64,000 nt of DNA, from the IMG/VR virus record IMGVR_UViG_3300032053_000016, positions 32,001 through 96,000 of that record. One strand, written 5' to 3'. Source of the stretch: a virus. Below, piece after piece: positions 29,265 to 38,223 of this stretch (position 1 is the stretch's first letter; each line of letters starts with the position of its first letter). The notes beneath the pieces were generated by a model. The model did not search any database and had not been told where the DNA came from. It saw nothing but the letters and a program-made list of their open reading frames with translations. Made by a program: the position numbers and the translations under genes.

Positions 29265-29798
29265 ATGGACTTCTGCGAAAAATATACTTTGCTTCACCGC
29301 TTGATGACCGATCACAAACGCGAGAGCTTTGTGGAGACCGGAACGTACGAGGCCAAGATGAGTCTCAAGATGTCGGATCTGACCTCGAACGTACGATCGA
29401 TCGAACTTAGCGAAAAGCTTCACAACGAAGCTCTCGTACAAGTCAAGAAAGCAAAGAAGGACGGCGTAATCACGCTCATCTTGGGGAACAGCGCCGAGCA
29501 GCTGCCGAAGGCTCTAGACGGGGCTTCTAAGCCGCTCGTGTGGCTCGACGCGCACTGGTCTGCTGGGAAAACTGTGCGCGACGATAGTGGCAGCGACACC
29601 CCTATTGTGGCAGAGCTTCACGCCTTGAAGGAATGGGGAGGAGACGCCGTTATCGCAATCGATGACCTCTGGTGCTTCAACGGCAAGAACGGGTACCCTA
29701 CCTTTGAGAGACTACGCGAAATCGTTCGCGAGCTGTGGCCAACGGCAACGCTCACGCGAGTCGACGAGTGCGTCTGGTTCCAGGTCGATCCCGCTTAG
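29265..29798 (+). CDS. Putative SAM-dependent methyltransferase (opposite orientation to its neighbours)
   Basis: FVETGTY, SIELS, GNS, WLDAHWS, IAIDD. Confidence 0.75.
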   Translation: MDFCEKYTLLHRLMTDHKRESFVETGTYEAKMSLKMSDLTSNVRSIELSEKLHNEALVQVKKAKKDGVITLILGNSAEQLPKALDGASKPLVWLDAHWSAGKTVRDDSGSDTPIVAELHALKEWGGDAVIAIDDLWCFNGKNGYPTFERLREIVRELWPTATLTRVDECVWFQVDPA

Positions 29799-29802
29799 AC
29801 GT

Positions 29803-30573
29803 TCACGACGTCTTGTCAGCGACGCGACCCTTGTTGCGCTTGACACGCAGCTCGTTCAACTCGGGATCCTCGGGATCTTCGGGACGCTTCTTGAACTGCG
29901 TGGAGGTGTACTCACTCTCCAATTCAGCCTCTGTCATTGGGACGTAGTAGTACATCGCAAGGCTGCGTCGCGTCATGCCTTCGGGACAGGTCAACGGTTC
30001 GGGATGACCGTGGTTGGATTTCATGTCGGTGCGAAAGACGACGGTGCGGTTGAAGATCGGGAGCACCTTCGACACGCATTCCGTCATTTCCTTGTTCCAG
30101 AGTTCAAGGTTGCCGCCGTAACTCGCGTCCCAGTTCTCGTTGAGATAGACGATCATGTTGAGCTTGCGGAAAGCCTTCATCGGGCGGTGGATGTTGAAAT
30201 CCTCGTGCACATCTAGCTTGCCACCTGGCTTGATCTGGTGAAGGCCACCGCCGTTGAGCGTGTGGTCTGGGACAAGGTTCTCAAGCCCGGCAAGCCGGCC
30301 AAGCTGCGCGACAACATCAGACGAGTTAGCCTCGTCGAAGAACTCGCGAAACCCAACGTCGAGCTGTGACAGATCGTTGAAGGCGAACTTTCGCTCGAGC
30401 GGGTTGTCGTACTGCCACCACTTCTTCTCCTCAACACTTGGGTACTTCGGCACAAGCGACCGCAACGCTTCGGGATCGATCAGGTTGTCGACGACGACAT
30501 GCGGGAACGGATGACCGTTGCGGAACGACTCGATCATCAGGTTGGTGTCGATGCGTTTGGTGAAGAACTTCAT
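29803..30573 (-). CDS. 2OG-Fe(II) oxygenase (prolyl-hydroxylase-like)
   Basis: PFPHVVVDN, GGGLH, LDVHED (HxD), YLN..W...GGNLELW, HGHP, RRS. Confidence 0.85.
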   Translation of the reverse strand: MKFFTKRIDTNLMIESFRNGHPFPHVVVDNLIDPEALRSLVPKYPSVEEKKWWQYDNPLERKFAFNDLSQLDVGFREFFDEANSSDVVAQLGRLAGLENLVPDHTLNGGGLHQIKPGGKLDVHEDFNIHRPMKAFRKLNMIVYLNENWDASYGGNLELWNKEMTECVSKVLPIFNRTVVFRTDMKSNHGHPEPLTCPEGMTRRSLAMYYYVPMTEAELESEYTSTQFKKRPEDPEDPELNELRVKRNKGRVADKTS

Positions 30574-30752
30574 GACTTGTATCCTGAGCACTCGAGAGCT
30601 TCGTCTGTGAACGGCGCGTACGTCAATCCTTGATCGTCAAGTGTAACCAGCAAAACCCATTCGTTTTCGCGAAGCGTGGCGGGCATCTCGCATCGCGAGC
30701 ACACATGTGTGTTGGAGTTGCGTTGCTCCTTCTGTCTGAAGTCGTGCTTCAT
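30570..30752 (-). CDS. Small hypothetical protein
   Basis: 60 aa, coupled at both ends. Confidence 0.5.
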   Translation of the reverse strand: MKHDFRQKEQRNSNTHVCSRCEMPATLRENEWVLLVTLDDQGLTYAPFTDEALECSGYKS

Positions 30753-31186
30753 GGCTTGTACTTCTCGTTCCAGGCGTTGAGAACATGTCGATAGACCAAC
30801 ATGTTCGGGCGGTACTGTGGGTTGCCGAAGATCGGCGCGTCGCTGCCATTGAGCACGAGGTGAAGCGCCGCGGCAACTGCGGCCGACCGACTCTTCCCAG
30901 CAGTGCAGTGAATCACAATCTGTTGAGCGTTGGGATGTTCCAAGACAAGATCAACGATGCGTTCTCCATCTCCAGGTTGAGCGAGCGGACAGCTTTCTTG
31001 AGTCTGTCCTGGGGCGTGCTGATCCAGATCCCAAAAGAAAAGGTTAAGCCTGCCAAGGGTATGCTCATTTGTCTTGATGTTAGCTGGCTCTTCACCCGGG
31101 CAGTTGATGGAGACAATGATGTGCGGGACGTCTGATAGATCCATCGCCTCGATGAGGGGACGACTACAGACTTGGATGTCGATCAT
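30749..31186 (-). CDS. Cys-based protein tyrosine phosphatase-like protein
   Basis: VIHCTAGKSRSAAVA is a CX5R motif; PNMLV. Confidence 0.8.
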   Translation of the reverse strand: MIDIQVCSRPLIEAMDLSDVPHIIVSINCPGEEPANIKTNEHTLGRLNLFFWDLDQHAPGQTQESCPLAQPGDGERIVDLVLEHPNAQQIVIHCTAGKSRSAAVAAALHLVLNGSDAPIFGNPQYRPNMLVYRHVLNAWNEKYKP

Positions 31187-31329
31187 GACATCCCCGAACT
31201 CTTACGCTTGAAGTAAAATTCATGCTCGTGTACACCAACAAGCTCCCAACCTTGAGCTCCAAGTTTGTTGAGAATCTCACATCTTAACGAGTAGACAGAG
31301 ATGCTCGCAACATGGTATTCCCACTTCAT
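31183..31329 (-). CDS. Small DUF4177-like protein (MKWEYHV...LNKLGAQGWELV...YFKR)
   Basis: Translated by hand; coupled at both ends. Confidence 0.65.
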   Translation of the reverse strand: MKWEYHVASISVYSLRCEILNKLGAQGWELVGVHEHEFYFKRKSSGMS

Positions 31330-32294
31330 GGCCCAACCATGTCGTGAATCCAGTTAAATGTTGTCTCTAGACCTTCGATGAGTTTCTTCTTTGGCCGCCA
31401 GCCGAGCACCTGGTCGATGAGCAGGTTGTCGCTGCAACGACCTCTGACGCCTTGAGGACCCTTGACATGCTTGACGGTGAGCTTCTTGCTCGAGATCTTG
31501 ATGACCATGTCAGCGAGTTGGTTGATCGTCACCATCTCGTCGGAGCCGATGTTCAACGACTCTGTGTAGTCAGAACGCATGAGGCGAAGCACGCCTTCGA
31601 CACATTCATCGACGTGGAGGAAGCTGCGAGTCTGCTTGCCGTCTCCCCACACCTCGATCTCGCCGCCGTCCTTCGCTTGCGCGACCTTGCGACACATGGC
31701 AGCGGGAGCCTTCTCACGACCGCCGTCGTACGTGCCGAACTCGCCGAAGATGTTGTGGAACCTGGCGATGCGTACGTCGACACCCTTGTTGCGTTGGTAC
31801 GCCTTGTACAGACGCTCGCTGAACAGCTTCTCCCAGCCGTACTCGGAGTCCGGAGCGGCGGGGTAAGCGGAGGCCTCGGAGCACACCGGGTTGTTAGGAT
31901 CAAGCTGGTTGCGCTCGGGGTAGATGCACGCCGAGGACGAGTAAAAGATCTTTGGCTTGACATTGAGAGCGGAGACTCCGTCGAGAACGTTCAAGTTGAT
32001 GGTCGCCGAGTTGTGCATGATGTCAGCGTCGTTCGCGCCGGTGAACACGAATCCGGCCCCGCCCATGTCGGCCGCAAGAGAAAAAATCTCATCATGACCT
32101 CCTGCAACGATTGCGCGTGTGAAGTAGGGATCGCGAAGATCGTCGCGAATGAAAGTTTCACCTGGGCAGATTTCACGAAATTCTGGCTGCTTAAGGTCAA
32201 CAGAGGTTACATGATAACCCTCTTTGATAAGACGACGAACCAAATGTCCGCCTATGAACCCGCCTCCGCCTAAAACAAGTCCTCGTTTCTTCAT
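31326..32294 (-). CDS. NAD-dependent epimerase, GDP-mannose 3,5-epimerase-like
   Basis: GGGGFIG, LAADMGG, YSSSACIYP, YGWEK, GGREKAPAA, GVRGR.SDN. Confidence 0.85.
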   Translation of the reverse strand: MKKRGLVLGGGGFIGGHLVRRLIKEGYHVTSVDLKQPEFREICPGETFIRDDLRDPYFTRAIVAGGHDEIFSLAADMGGAGFVFTGANDADIMHNSATINLNVLDGVSALNVKPKIFYSSSACIYPERNQLDPNNPVCSEASAYPAAPDSEYGWEKLFSERLYKAYQRNKGVDVRIARFHNIFGEFGTYDGGREKAPAAMCRKVAQAKDGGEIEVWGDGKQTRSFLHVDECVEGVLRLMRSDYTESLNIGSDEMVTINQLADMVIKISSKKLTVKHVKGPQGVRGRCSDNLLIDQVLGWRPKKKLIEGLETTFNWIHDMVGP

Positions 32295-33010
32295 TTTGAC
32301 GATCGTCCTGCCTTTCCGTATTTTAGCAGATTGCACACAGTGGCCGGGCTGGTGTTGTGTTTAACTGCGATGTCTTTCAACATTGTTCCGTTCGCACGAT
32401 CAATGCGCATGCTTTCGATGATCTCAGCCGTCCATCGAGACCTTGCAGATGCAAGCTCACTCATGACTTGTCGAAAGGCGGTCGAACGCTTTTGTCCTAG
32501 ATTGGCAAGCCTTGTTTTCTCTACGGCTTCGCGTGACCGCGGGCCCATCTTCATACCGGTGTGAGCTTTTGCAATCTTTGCTTTTGTTTCATCAGGCATG
32601 GGCCCACGAATTTTCCCGATTCGACATTCACTGTTCTTGCGTCGATGCTCTTCTGATTGTGGGACTCCTTTGTTCCAAGAGATCTGGCCACGGCGAGCGA
32701 TGCTCATCCGAAGTCGTGAAACAGCCGAGCGTTTCAGTCCTGTTTGACCACATGAGCCGCCGGCGGTGTGGTTTGCTCCCCACCCGTGGAACGTGTTGTG
32801 CAAAGCGATGAGGTCGGCCTCGAAGTCGTAAGCGGCCTGCTCGTCCTTCGTCCCGAACACTTCCTCACGATGCCAACCGTGCTTGTCGCGAATGCTCTTC
32901 CAGTGAGCGTTGTCACGTTCGCGGGTGTGCACTCGCTTGTGCGTCCCCTTTCCTACGTAAAAGGGCCTCTCATCGTCAGTGCGGTCAACGTAGACAAACC
33001 AGACGCTCAC
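32291..33010 (-). mobile_element. GIY-YIG homing endonuclease with NUMOD3 repeats (paralog of 2704-3390)
   Basis: FVYVD...PFYVGKG...ERDNAHW...TKDE...WGANHTAGG; GTG start at 33010. Confidence 0.8.
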
Positions 33011-33801
33011 TATCGCAGAAGGTAAGCTGCCTCGGTGAGGACCCGATCCTTCGTTTTCTCGTGGCAGTGATGCATGATCCATGGATAGCTCTCCAGGATC
33101 GGCACCTTGTTGACGTGCAGGAAGTAGTTGACCGCCGTCTGTTCGGCGCAGCTCCATACCTTCGTCTTCTTGCCCGGCGCGTCCGGGAAATGAGACACGT
33201 CCGTGACGTCGACCGCGATGAGCTTCTCGCAGTACCCAACGATGTCGCCTGCGTTCGCCTGGTACTCCTTTGTCAAGCCAAGCGTGCCCATGTTGAAGAT
33301 GGGGAAGTCCTCGGTGCCAAGCCCCTCACGTGCCGCCTTGCGTTCACCCCAGTACTCACGTCCACCTGAGCACATCCTCTCTCGTTTCCAGGCGATGGCC
33401 CCACGGTGAGCGAGGAGGTCATCGATCGGCTTCAGGCATGTCAGGTCGTTGTCGAGCTTCAATGCGTCGTGACGGCCATCGTGGTTCATCTCCACGATCT
33501 TGACGAGCGGCCAAAAGGAGTACCAATGCGATTGCCACTCACGGATCTCCTTCGTTAGATCGACGGTGTCGAGGTAGTCGAGCGACACGTTGTACGCCTT
33601 CAACTTGTCAAGGATGAGTCCGCAGTCGTCTGTGAAGACGCGGTAGAGCATCTTTGGGTTGTGGTGCAGGAACGTTGCGATGGATGCGGCCGTGTACGAG
33701 AAGATGTAGTCCTTGTTCTTGTACACCTCACTCGCCCAGTGACGACCGGAGTCGGTCACAGTCTTGAGGTTGTAATCAAATACCAGCGAGTAGACTGTCA
33801 C
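33010..33801 (-). CDS. Putative GT-A fold nucleotide-diphospho-sugar transferase
   Basis: VFTD, LKLDND (DxD), FNMG, EQ motif; GTG start at 33801. Confidence 0.55.
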   Translation of the reverse strand: MTVYSLVFDYNLKTVTDSGRHWASEVYKNKDYIFSYTAASIATFLHHNPKMLYRVFTDDCGLILDKLKAYNVSLDYLDTVDLTKEIREWQSHWYSFWPLVKIVEMNHDGRHDALKLDNDLTCLKPIDDLLAHRGAIAWKRERMCSGGREYWGERKAAREGLGTEDFPIFNMGTLGLTKEYQANAGDIVGYCEKLIAVDVTDVSHFPDAPGKKTKVWSCAEQTAVNYFLHVNKVPILESYPWIMHHCHEKTKDRVLTEAAYLLR

Positions 33802-34067
33802 TTCACGTTCTCCTCGGGTTTGTGAAGGCTGCTGACGATCGTTCCGACAAACGCGCCAACCATTGCGGGGATCAGCATCCAATGATTTGAGATGTACTCG
33901 ATCGTTGTGAACCCGCCGGCGAACACGATGATGGACGACCACACCGCAGCGCGGAGCATCTTGGTGGTCGCCAGCGAACGGATGTAAACCGACCACGCGT
34001 AATCGACGAAAGCCGTCGCCGCGAAGACGAGGACGACCTGGAGTAGCAAGCGTTCAAACGGCGACAA
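33798..34067 (-). CDS. Small membrane protein (about 3 TM segments)
   Basis: Hydrophobic segments; GAFVGT. Confidence 0.65.
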   Translation of the reverse strand: MSPFERLLLQVVLVFAATAFVDYAWSVYIRSLATTKMLRAAVWSSIIVFAGGFTTIEYISNHWMLIPAMVGAFVGTIVSSLHKPEENVK

Positions 34068-34827
34068 AGGGAGACCACACGAGCACTTGACACTCGCTCT
34101 TTTTGACGTTTTCTTGTTGGATCTTGGAGAGGCAACTCGAGGGAAGGCTGTCTTGAAGCTCGGCGAGCGAGAATTGCACGTCGGCGTTACGCGGTTGTGA
34201 GTTGTACGTCACGTAACCGCTCGCCGCGCGCTTCATGAGCTTGTCGACGTAGCCGACTTGGACGTTCTTGGTGAGCTCGGTGAGCGCGTAGTTGCTGATG
34301 AAGGCGTCGACCGGGAGCTCACCGTACTCGAACGCGCTCACGTACGCGACGTTCGTGATGCCGTACGCTCCGAGGTAACGTTTGGCGAGCGCGAGGGCCT
34401 CGGGCAAGTCGACGACAGTGTAGCTCTTCGGGGTGTGGAAAGCGTGGATCATGCGACACAGGCCTCCGTATCCGCCGCCGACCTCCACCACGTTGGCCCC
34501 GTCGAGGAGGACGCCGTTGAGGTGCATGTCGTGCACGTTCCACGCGTAGCGCAGCGTGGTGGACGTGAAAGCCTGCCCCTCGATCAAGAAGAGCCTTGGC
34601 CCGCCGACCTTGTCGTTCTGCTGGATCTTCTCGAGGTTCCCGGCGAAGAACTCCGTGCCTTTCAGCTTCGCGTGGTAGCCGAAGCCGACGCAGTCCGGCA
34701 TGCCCTCGACGATCTCGCGCACCCCGGGCTCGCGCCGGAACCAGTTGAAGACGATGTCGTCCTCGGACGCGCGCTTGAGGGCGTCGGTGTAACGCGTGAT
34801 GCTTTCGTCGGACGTGAGCCAGGTCAT
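34054..34827 (-). CDS. Putative sugar O-methyltransferase
   Basis: TTLRY, VVEVGGGYGG, VDLPE, FISNYALTE; ATG start at 34827. Confidence 0.8.
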   Translation of the reverse strand: MTWLTSDESITRYTDALKRASEDDIVFNWFRREPGVREIVEGMPDCVGFGYHAKLKGTEFFAGNLEKIQQNDKVGGPRLFLIEGQAFTSTTLRYAWNVHDMHLNGVLLDGANVVEVGGGYGGLCRMIHAFHTPKSYTVVDLPEALALAKRYLGAYGITNVAYVSAFEYGELPVDAFISNYALTELTKNVQVGYVDKLMKRAASGYVTYNSQPRNADVQFSLAELQDSLPSSCLSKIQQENVKKSECQVLVWSPFVAV

Positions 34828-35219
34828 GTTGCCTTGTTTTCTTTGGGGGCGGATTGCTTGAGCGCTTTCTCGACGCCGTCCAACGCGGCGCGGAGCGCTT
34901 TGCCCGCCCCGTCGGATTGCACGACCGACATCAAGACCGGCATGATGGCGAAGTACGCGTCGACCAGCTCCGCGTGCGCGGTCTGCAGCGTCTTGTGAGT
35001 CTCGGCCAAGCCTTCGCGGCCGTCCTCCAGCCCGTACCCGTACGAGGCTCGGCAGGCGTCGGGCACCCACGACCAGTCGCGGTAGAAGGATTGGTCTTCG
35101 GGTTCGCCCCTGTCGCACTCCTCCCAAGCCACTTCGCCGTTGCGGACGATCCGCATCGTGAGGTCGATCTCGTTGGGGTCATCGTGCTCGAGCGTGATTT
35201 CGAACTTGCTTTCCTTCAT
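34824..35219 (-). CDS. Hypothetical protein
   Basis: 131 aa, coupled at both ends. Confidence 0.55.
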   Translation of the reverse strand: MKESKFEITLEHDDPNEIDLTMRIVRNGEVAWEECDRGEPEDQSFYRDWSWVPDACRASYGYGLEDGREGLAETHKTLQTAHAELVDAYFAIMPVLMSVVQSDGAGKALRAALDGVEKALKQSAPKENKAT

Positions 35220-36130
35220 ACGTCTCTCATGGCGTCCAGGTCGAGGACGATGTTCTTGTACTGCTTGACGATCTCGTCGATGTGGAAGCGTTGGCCGACG
35301 GCGAGCGCGCGGGCGCTCTCCATCTCCGTGAGGCTGCTGCCCTCGATGAGGAGCTCCAGGCTTTCCATCATGCCATCACGGGTCTCCTCGAAACGGCTGG
35401 CCCCGCCGCCGTGCTCCAAGTAGCTTTCGTACGGCGTGCAGACCGTGCGGATGCCGAACGACTGGAAGTTCGACAGCTTCGTGTTTGGCTTGTGCCGTTT
35501 CAGCAGCTCGGCGAACCGCGGGTTGGAGCTCAGGCTCGACTCCGCGAAGACGACGCCGACGTCGATCGTCTTCATGATCTCGACGCACTCCTCGCGCGTG
35601 TTGGGGTGGACGGAGACGAACTCGACGCCCATCTTCGCGCACAACGCTTCGATCTCCTCTTTGGCGGAGAGCTGCTCGGGCAGGCCAACGTACCCGACGC
35701 GGGCCGCCTTCTTGAGCGTGTTGACGTGCTTGTCGTAGTTGACCGTGTGGTGCGGGACCACATAGATCGGCTTGTTGTCGGCGTACGGCTCGAGGTCTTT
35801 GAGAGTCACCGTGTTGTTGACGATGTAGAAGTCGCACTCGGGGTGGGCGTACGCCGAGAGATTCTCGACCTTCGCGCCGCGGAAGAAGGCGTCCCCGCAC
35901 ATTGAATCTGCGACGTCGAATCCGATTCGATGCCCGCGGCGTTTCAATTGAGCGGCTAGACCAGCGTCGTATGTTCGAATGAACAACGAGATGTCGTTTA
36001 GACTGGTTTCACGCTCCCAATCCGTGTTGTGAACGTCGAGTACACGTGATCCTTCTCGAAGAGCATCGGCGACTTGTCGACCTCTGATGAGACCTGACGT
36101 GCGCGACAACATGCAAACGAAATTGATCAC
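35216..36130 (-). CDS. Glycosyltransferase-like protein
   Basis: SGLIRGRQV, VGYVG, KPNTKLSNFQSFG; GTG start at 36130. Confidence 0.6.
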   Translation of the reverse strand: MINFVCMLSRTSGLIRGRQVADALREGSRVLDVHNTDWERETSLNDISLFIRTYDAGLAAQLKRRGHRIGFDVADSMCGDAFFRGAKVENLSAYAHPECDFYIVNNTVTLKDLEPYADNKPIYVVPHHTVNYDKHVNTLKKAARVGYVGLPEQLSAKEEIEALCAKMGVEFVSVHPNTREECVEIMKTIDVGVVFAESSLSSNPRFAELLKRHKPNTKLSNFQSFGIRTVCTPYESYLEHGGGASRFEETRDGMMESLELLIEGSSLTEMESARALAVGQRFHIDEIVKQYKNIVLDLDAMRDV

Positions 36131-36543
36131 TGTGTCGCCTTCTGGTGATTGTAGACGCGCTCGATCCAGGAACGGAACTCTGCGACGGTCTGGTTGTTCT
36201 TGGCCGCGTTGCACCTCCAACAACACGTGACCACGTTGCCCATGGTGTACGGAAGCGCGCTGTCGACCCTGTCTAGGCCGTTGATGCCTTTGGTCTTGTA
36301 CGTGTCGATGTGCCCGATGTTTTCGGACTCTTTCCCGCAGTAGTGGCACGGCTTGACGAAAAGTTCATCGGCTTGTTCTCTGGTGAGTTCCCAAGCAATG
36401 TCGCGCATGATTGCACGTCGTCGAACGCTGTCGTACTTGATACCGAGCTGCTTCCCGTACTTCGTTGTGCGTCGGTACAACCGCGGCTTGCCCTTGTAGA
36501 GAAGTCGAAGGTTCTCCTTTTCTTGCTCGGAGATCTTTCTCAT
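36127..36543 (-). mobile_element. HNH endonuclease
   Basis: PCHYCG...GLDRVDS...YTMGNVVTCCWRCNAAK. Confidence 0.8.
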
Positions 36544-37298
36544 CGCCTTCTGACGCCTCGGATGCTCGTGTCGATGTTGTACTCCTTCATCAAGCGTTCC
36601 ATGATCTCGGGGTACTCGTCCATGTTCCATTGACCCTTGTTGATGCCGGTGCAACAATACGGCCACGTCACGGAGTCGTAGTGGAACTTGCCCACCTGCG
36701 GCTCCCCGTTCCAGGTGAAGACGCCCTTGATGCCGCACTGACGAGCGCCGACGTTCCACTTCTCAGACTCCAACCATTTCTCCGACCCAACGTGGGAATA
36801 CAGCTTGATGAGCCGGCCCTTCTTCCACATCGTGGCCTGCATGCTGAACGCGTCCTGCGTGGCCATGTCGACCTCGAAGAAGTTGTCCTTCGTGTGCTTG
36901 TCGAGCGACGTGTTGTAGCCGCAGCGGATCATACGAACGAAGTCGTAGTCGGTGTCAAGGAGGTAGTCGCGGACCTTCGCGATGCGCTCGTGGACGACGT
37001 CGGCGTACAGGAAGAAGTCATCCTGTAGGTAGATGACGAAGTCCTCCTTGACGTGGTCGAGCCCGGAGAGGTACTGCTTGTAGTACGGGTCGGCGTCGTC
37101 GTGCTCGACCAGCTCGTGTCCGGCGAAGTCGAACTTCGCGCCGGACCCTTTGTCGGAGAACACGTACGACTTGATGCCGCCGAGGTGCTTCTTCAGCTGC
37201 CCGAAGTGAATCGGCCACACGTCAGCGTACTTGGACGTGGTGTAGGTGACGCAGGCGACGTCAGCGAGCGAAGACGGTGTCGAGGATCTGTTGAGCAC
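36540..37298 (-). CDS. Glycosyltransferase-like protein (GT-A, DxD)
   Basis: YADVW, YLQDDFFL, SMQATMW, GINKGQW; start codon uncertain. Confidence 0.6.
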   Translation of the reverse strand: MLNRSSTPSSLADVACVTYTTSKYADVWPIHFGQLKKHLGGIKSYVFSDKGSGAKFDFAGHELVEHDDADPYYKQYLSGLDHVKEDFVIYLQDDFFLYADVVHERIAKVRDYLLDTDYDFVRMIRCGYNTSLDKHTKDNFFEVDMATQDAFSMQATMWKKGRLIKLYSHVGSEKWLESEKWNVGARQCGIKGVFTWNGEPQVGKFHYDSVTWPYCCTGINKGQWNMDEYPEIMERLMKEYNIDTSIRGVRRR

Positions 37299-38223
37299 GG
37301 TTCTTGGCCGTATGGTAGCACATCGCATGCTCCAGACCACGCTCTCCAATGAGCTCGGGGTTGGCGTCATTGAAGACAAGGTGATGGATGCTCTTTGACA
37401 GCTCGTCTGGGGTGGACCACGACACCGCATGCTCGAAGTCCAAGAACGGGTGTGGGAACTCGACGTTGTACCGTTGATACAAGACGCACGCGCGCGCCCC
37501 CACGGCTTCCCAGAATCGGTCACACGTGTCGCCACCGCCCCACGCATCCACAACGATCCGCGCGCGTCTCAGGTGGTCCTTGTACTCACTCGATGACAGG
37601 TCACTGCGCACAACGATGTTTAGTTTGTGTGACGCGTCGGTTGTGTCACGAAAGTTTTGGACGACCTCGATGGCCTCCTTTCGCATGCCGGTCTTTGTGT
37701 GACCGAGTGAGCAGAGCACGTCGATGTCCTTCTCGCCTGTCATCACTACGTGACGATCGCACATTGCGAACGGGAACGGGACGACGTCGCGTGCAAGGTC
37801 TTGTGCGTATGTCTCGCGTTTGAAGTAGTGACCGCAGCGCTTGAGCATCTCTTCGTCAAGCCACGGCTCACCGCGACGACGCGACGGGTTGGTCAACGAA
37901 GCCGCGGTCTGATCGCCCGACTCCCACCCGGTGGCGGACCACTCGGATCCGTCGATATACACCGTTCGATCGCGTGGGAAATCGGAGTCAGCGACGAAGT
38001 AACGACGAGGAGGTCGGTTGCCTCGCACCTTGCCGAAGAAGCAAAGCAGCAAGTCACTACTCTTCAATTCCTCACGGAAGGAGCCGTCGATCAGAGAATG
38101 CTTGCAGAATCCATTGCCAGGATCAGAGACAACGAGCTGGTGTCCAAGTTCAGACAGTCCCTCAAGAACCATCTCGCACAAGTAATCGCGTTTGTTGTCA
38201 GGCGTTATGCAAGCGATCTTCAT
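37261..38223 (-). CDS. Glycosyltransferase-like protein
   Basis: YIDGSE, YFKRE, KDIDV, Y...LRRARIVVDAWGGGDTCDRFWEA. Confidence 0.7.
   Translation of the reverse strand: MKIACITPDNKRDYLCEMVLEGLSELGHQLVVSDPGNGFCKHSLIDGSFREELKSSDLLLCFFGKVRGNRPPRRYFVADSDFPRDRTVYIDGSEWSATGWESGDQTAASLTNPSRRRGEPWLDEEMLKRCGHYFKRETYAQDLARDVVPFPFAMCDRHVVMTGEKDIDVLCSLGHTKTGMRKEAIEVVQNFRDTTDASHKLNIVVRSDLSSSEYKDHLRRARIVVDAWGGGDTCDRFWEAVGARACVLYQRYNVEFPHPFLDFEHAVSWSTPDELSKSIHHLVFNDANPELIGERGLEHAMCYHTAKNRAQQILDTVFAR

Noticed and set aside
31452-35905. Long antisense or alternate-frame ORFs (31452-32273 +, 34258-34998 +, 35282-35905 +) and long N-terminal extensions in the ORF track
   Set aside because: These are shadows of GC-rich, motif-bearing minus-strand genes. 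True starts were reassigned to overlap-coupled codons.
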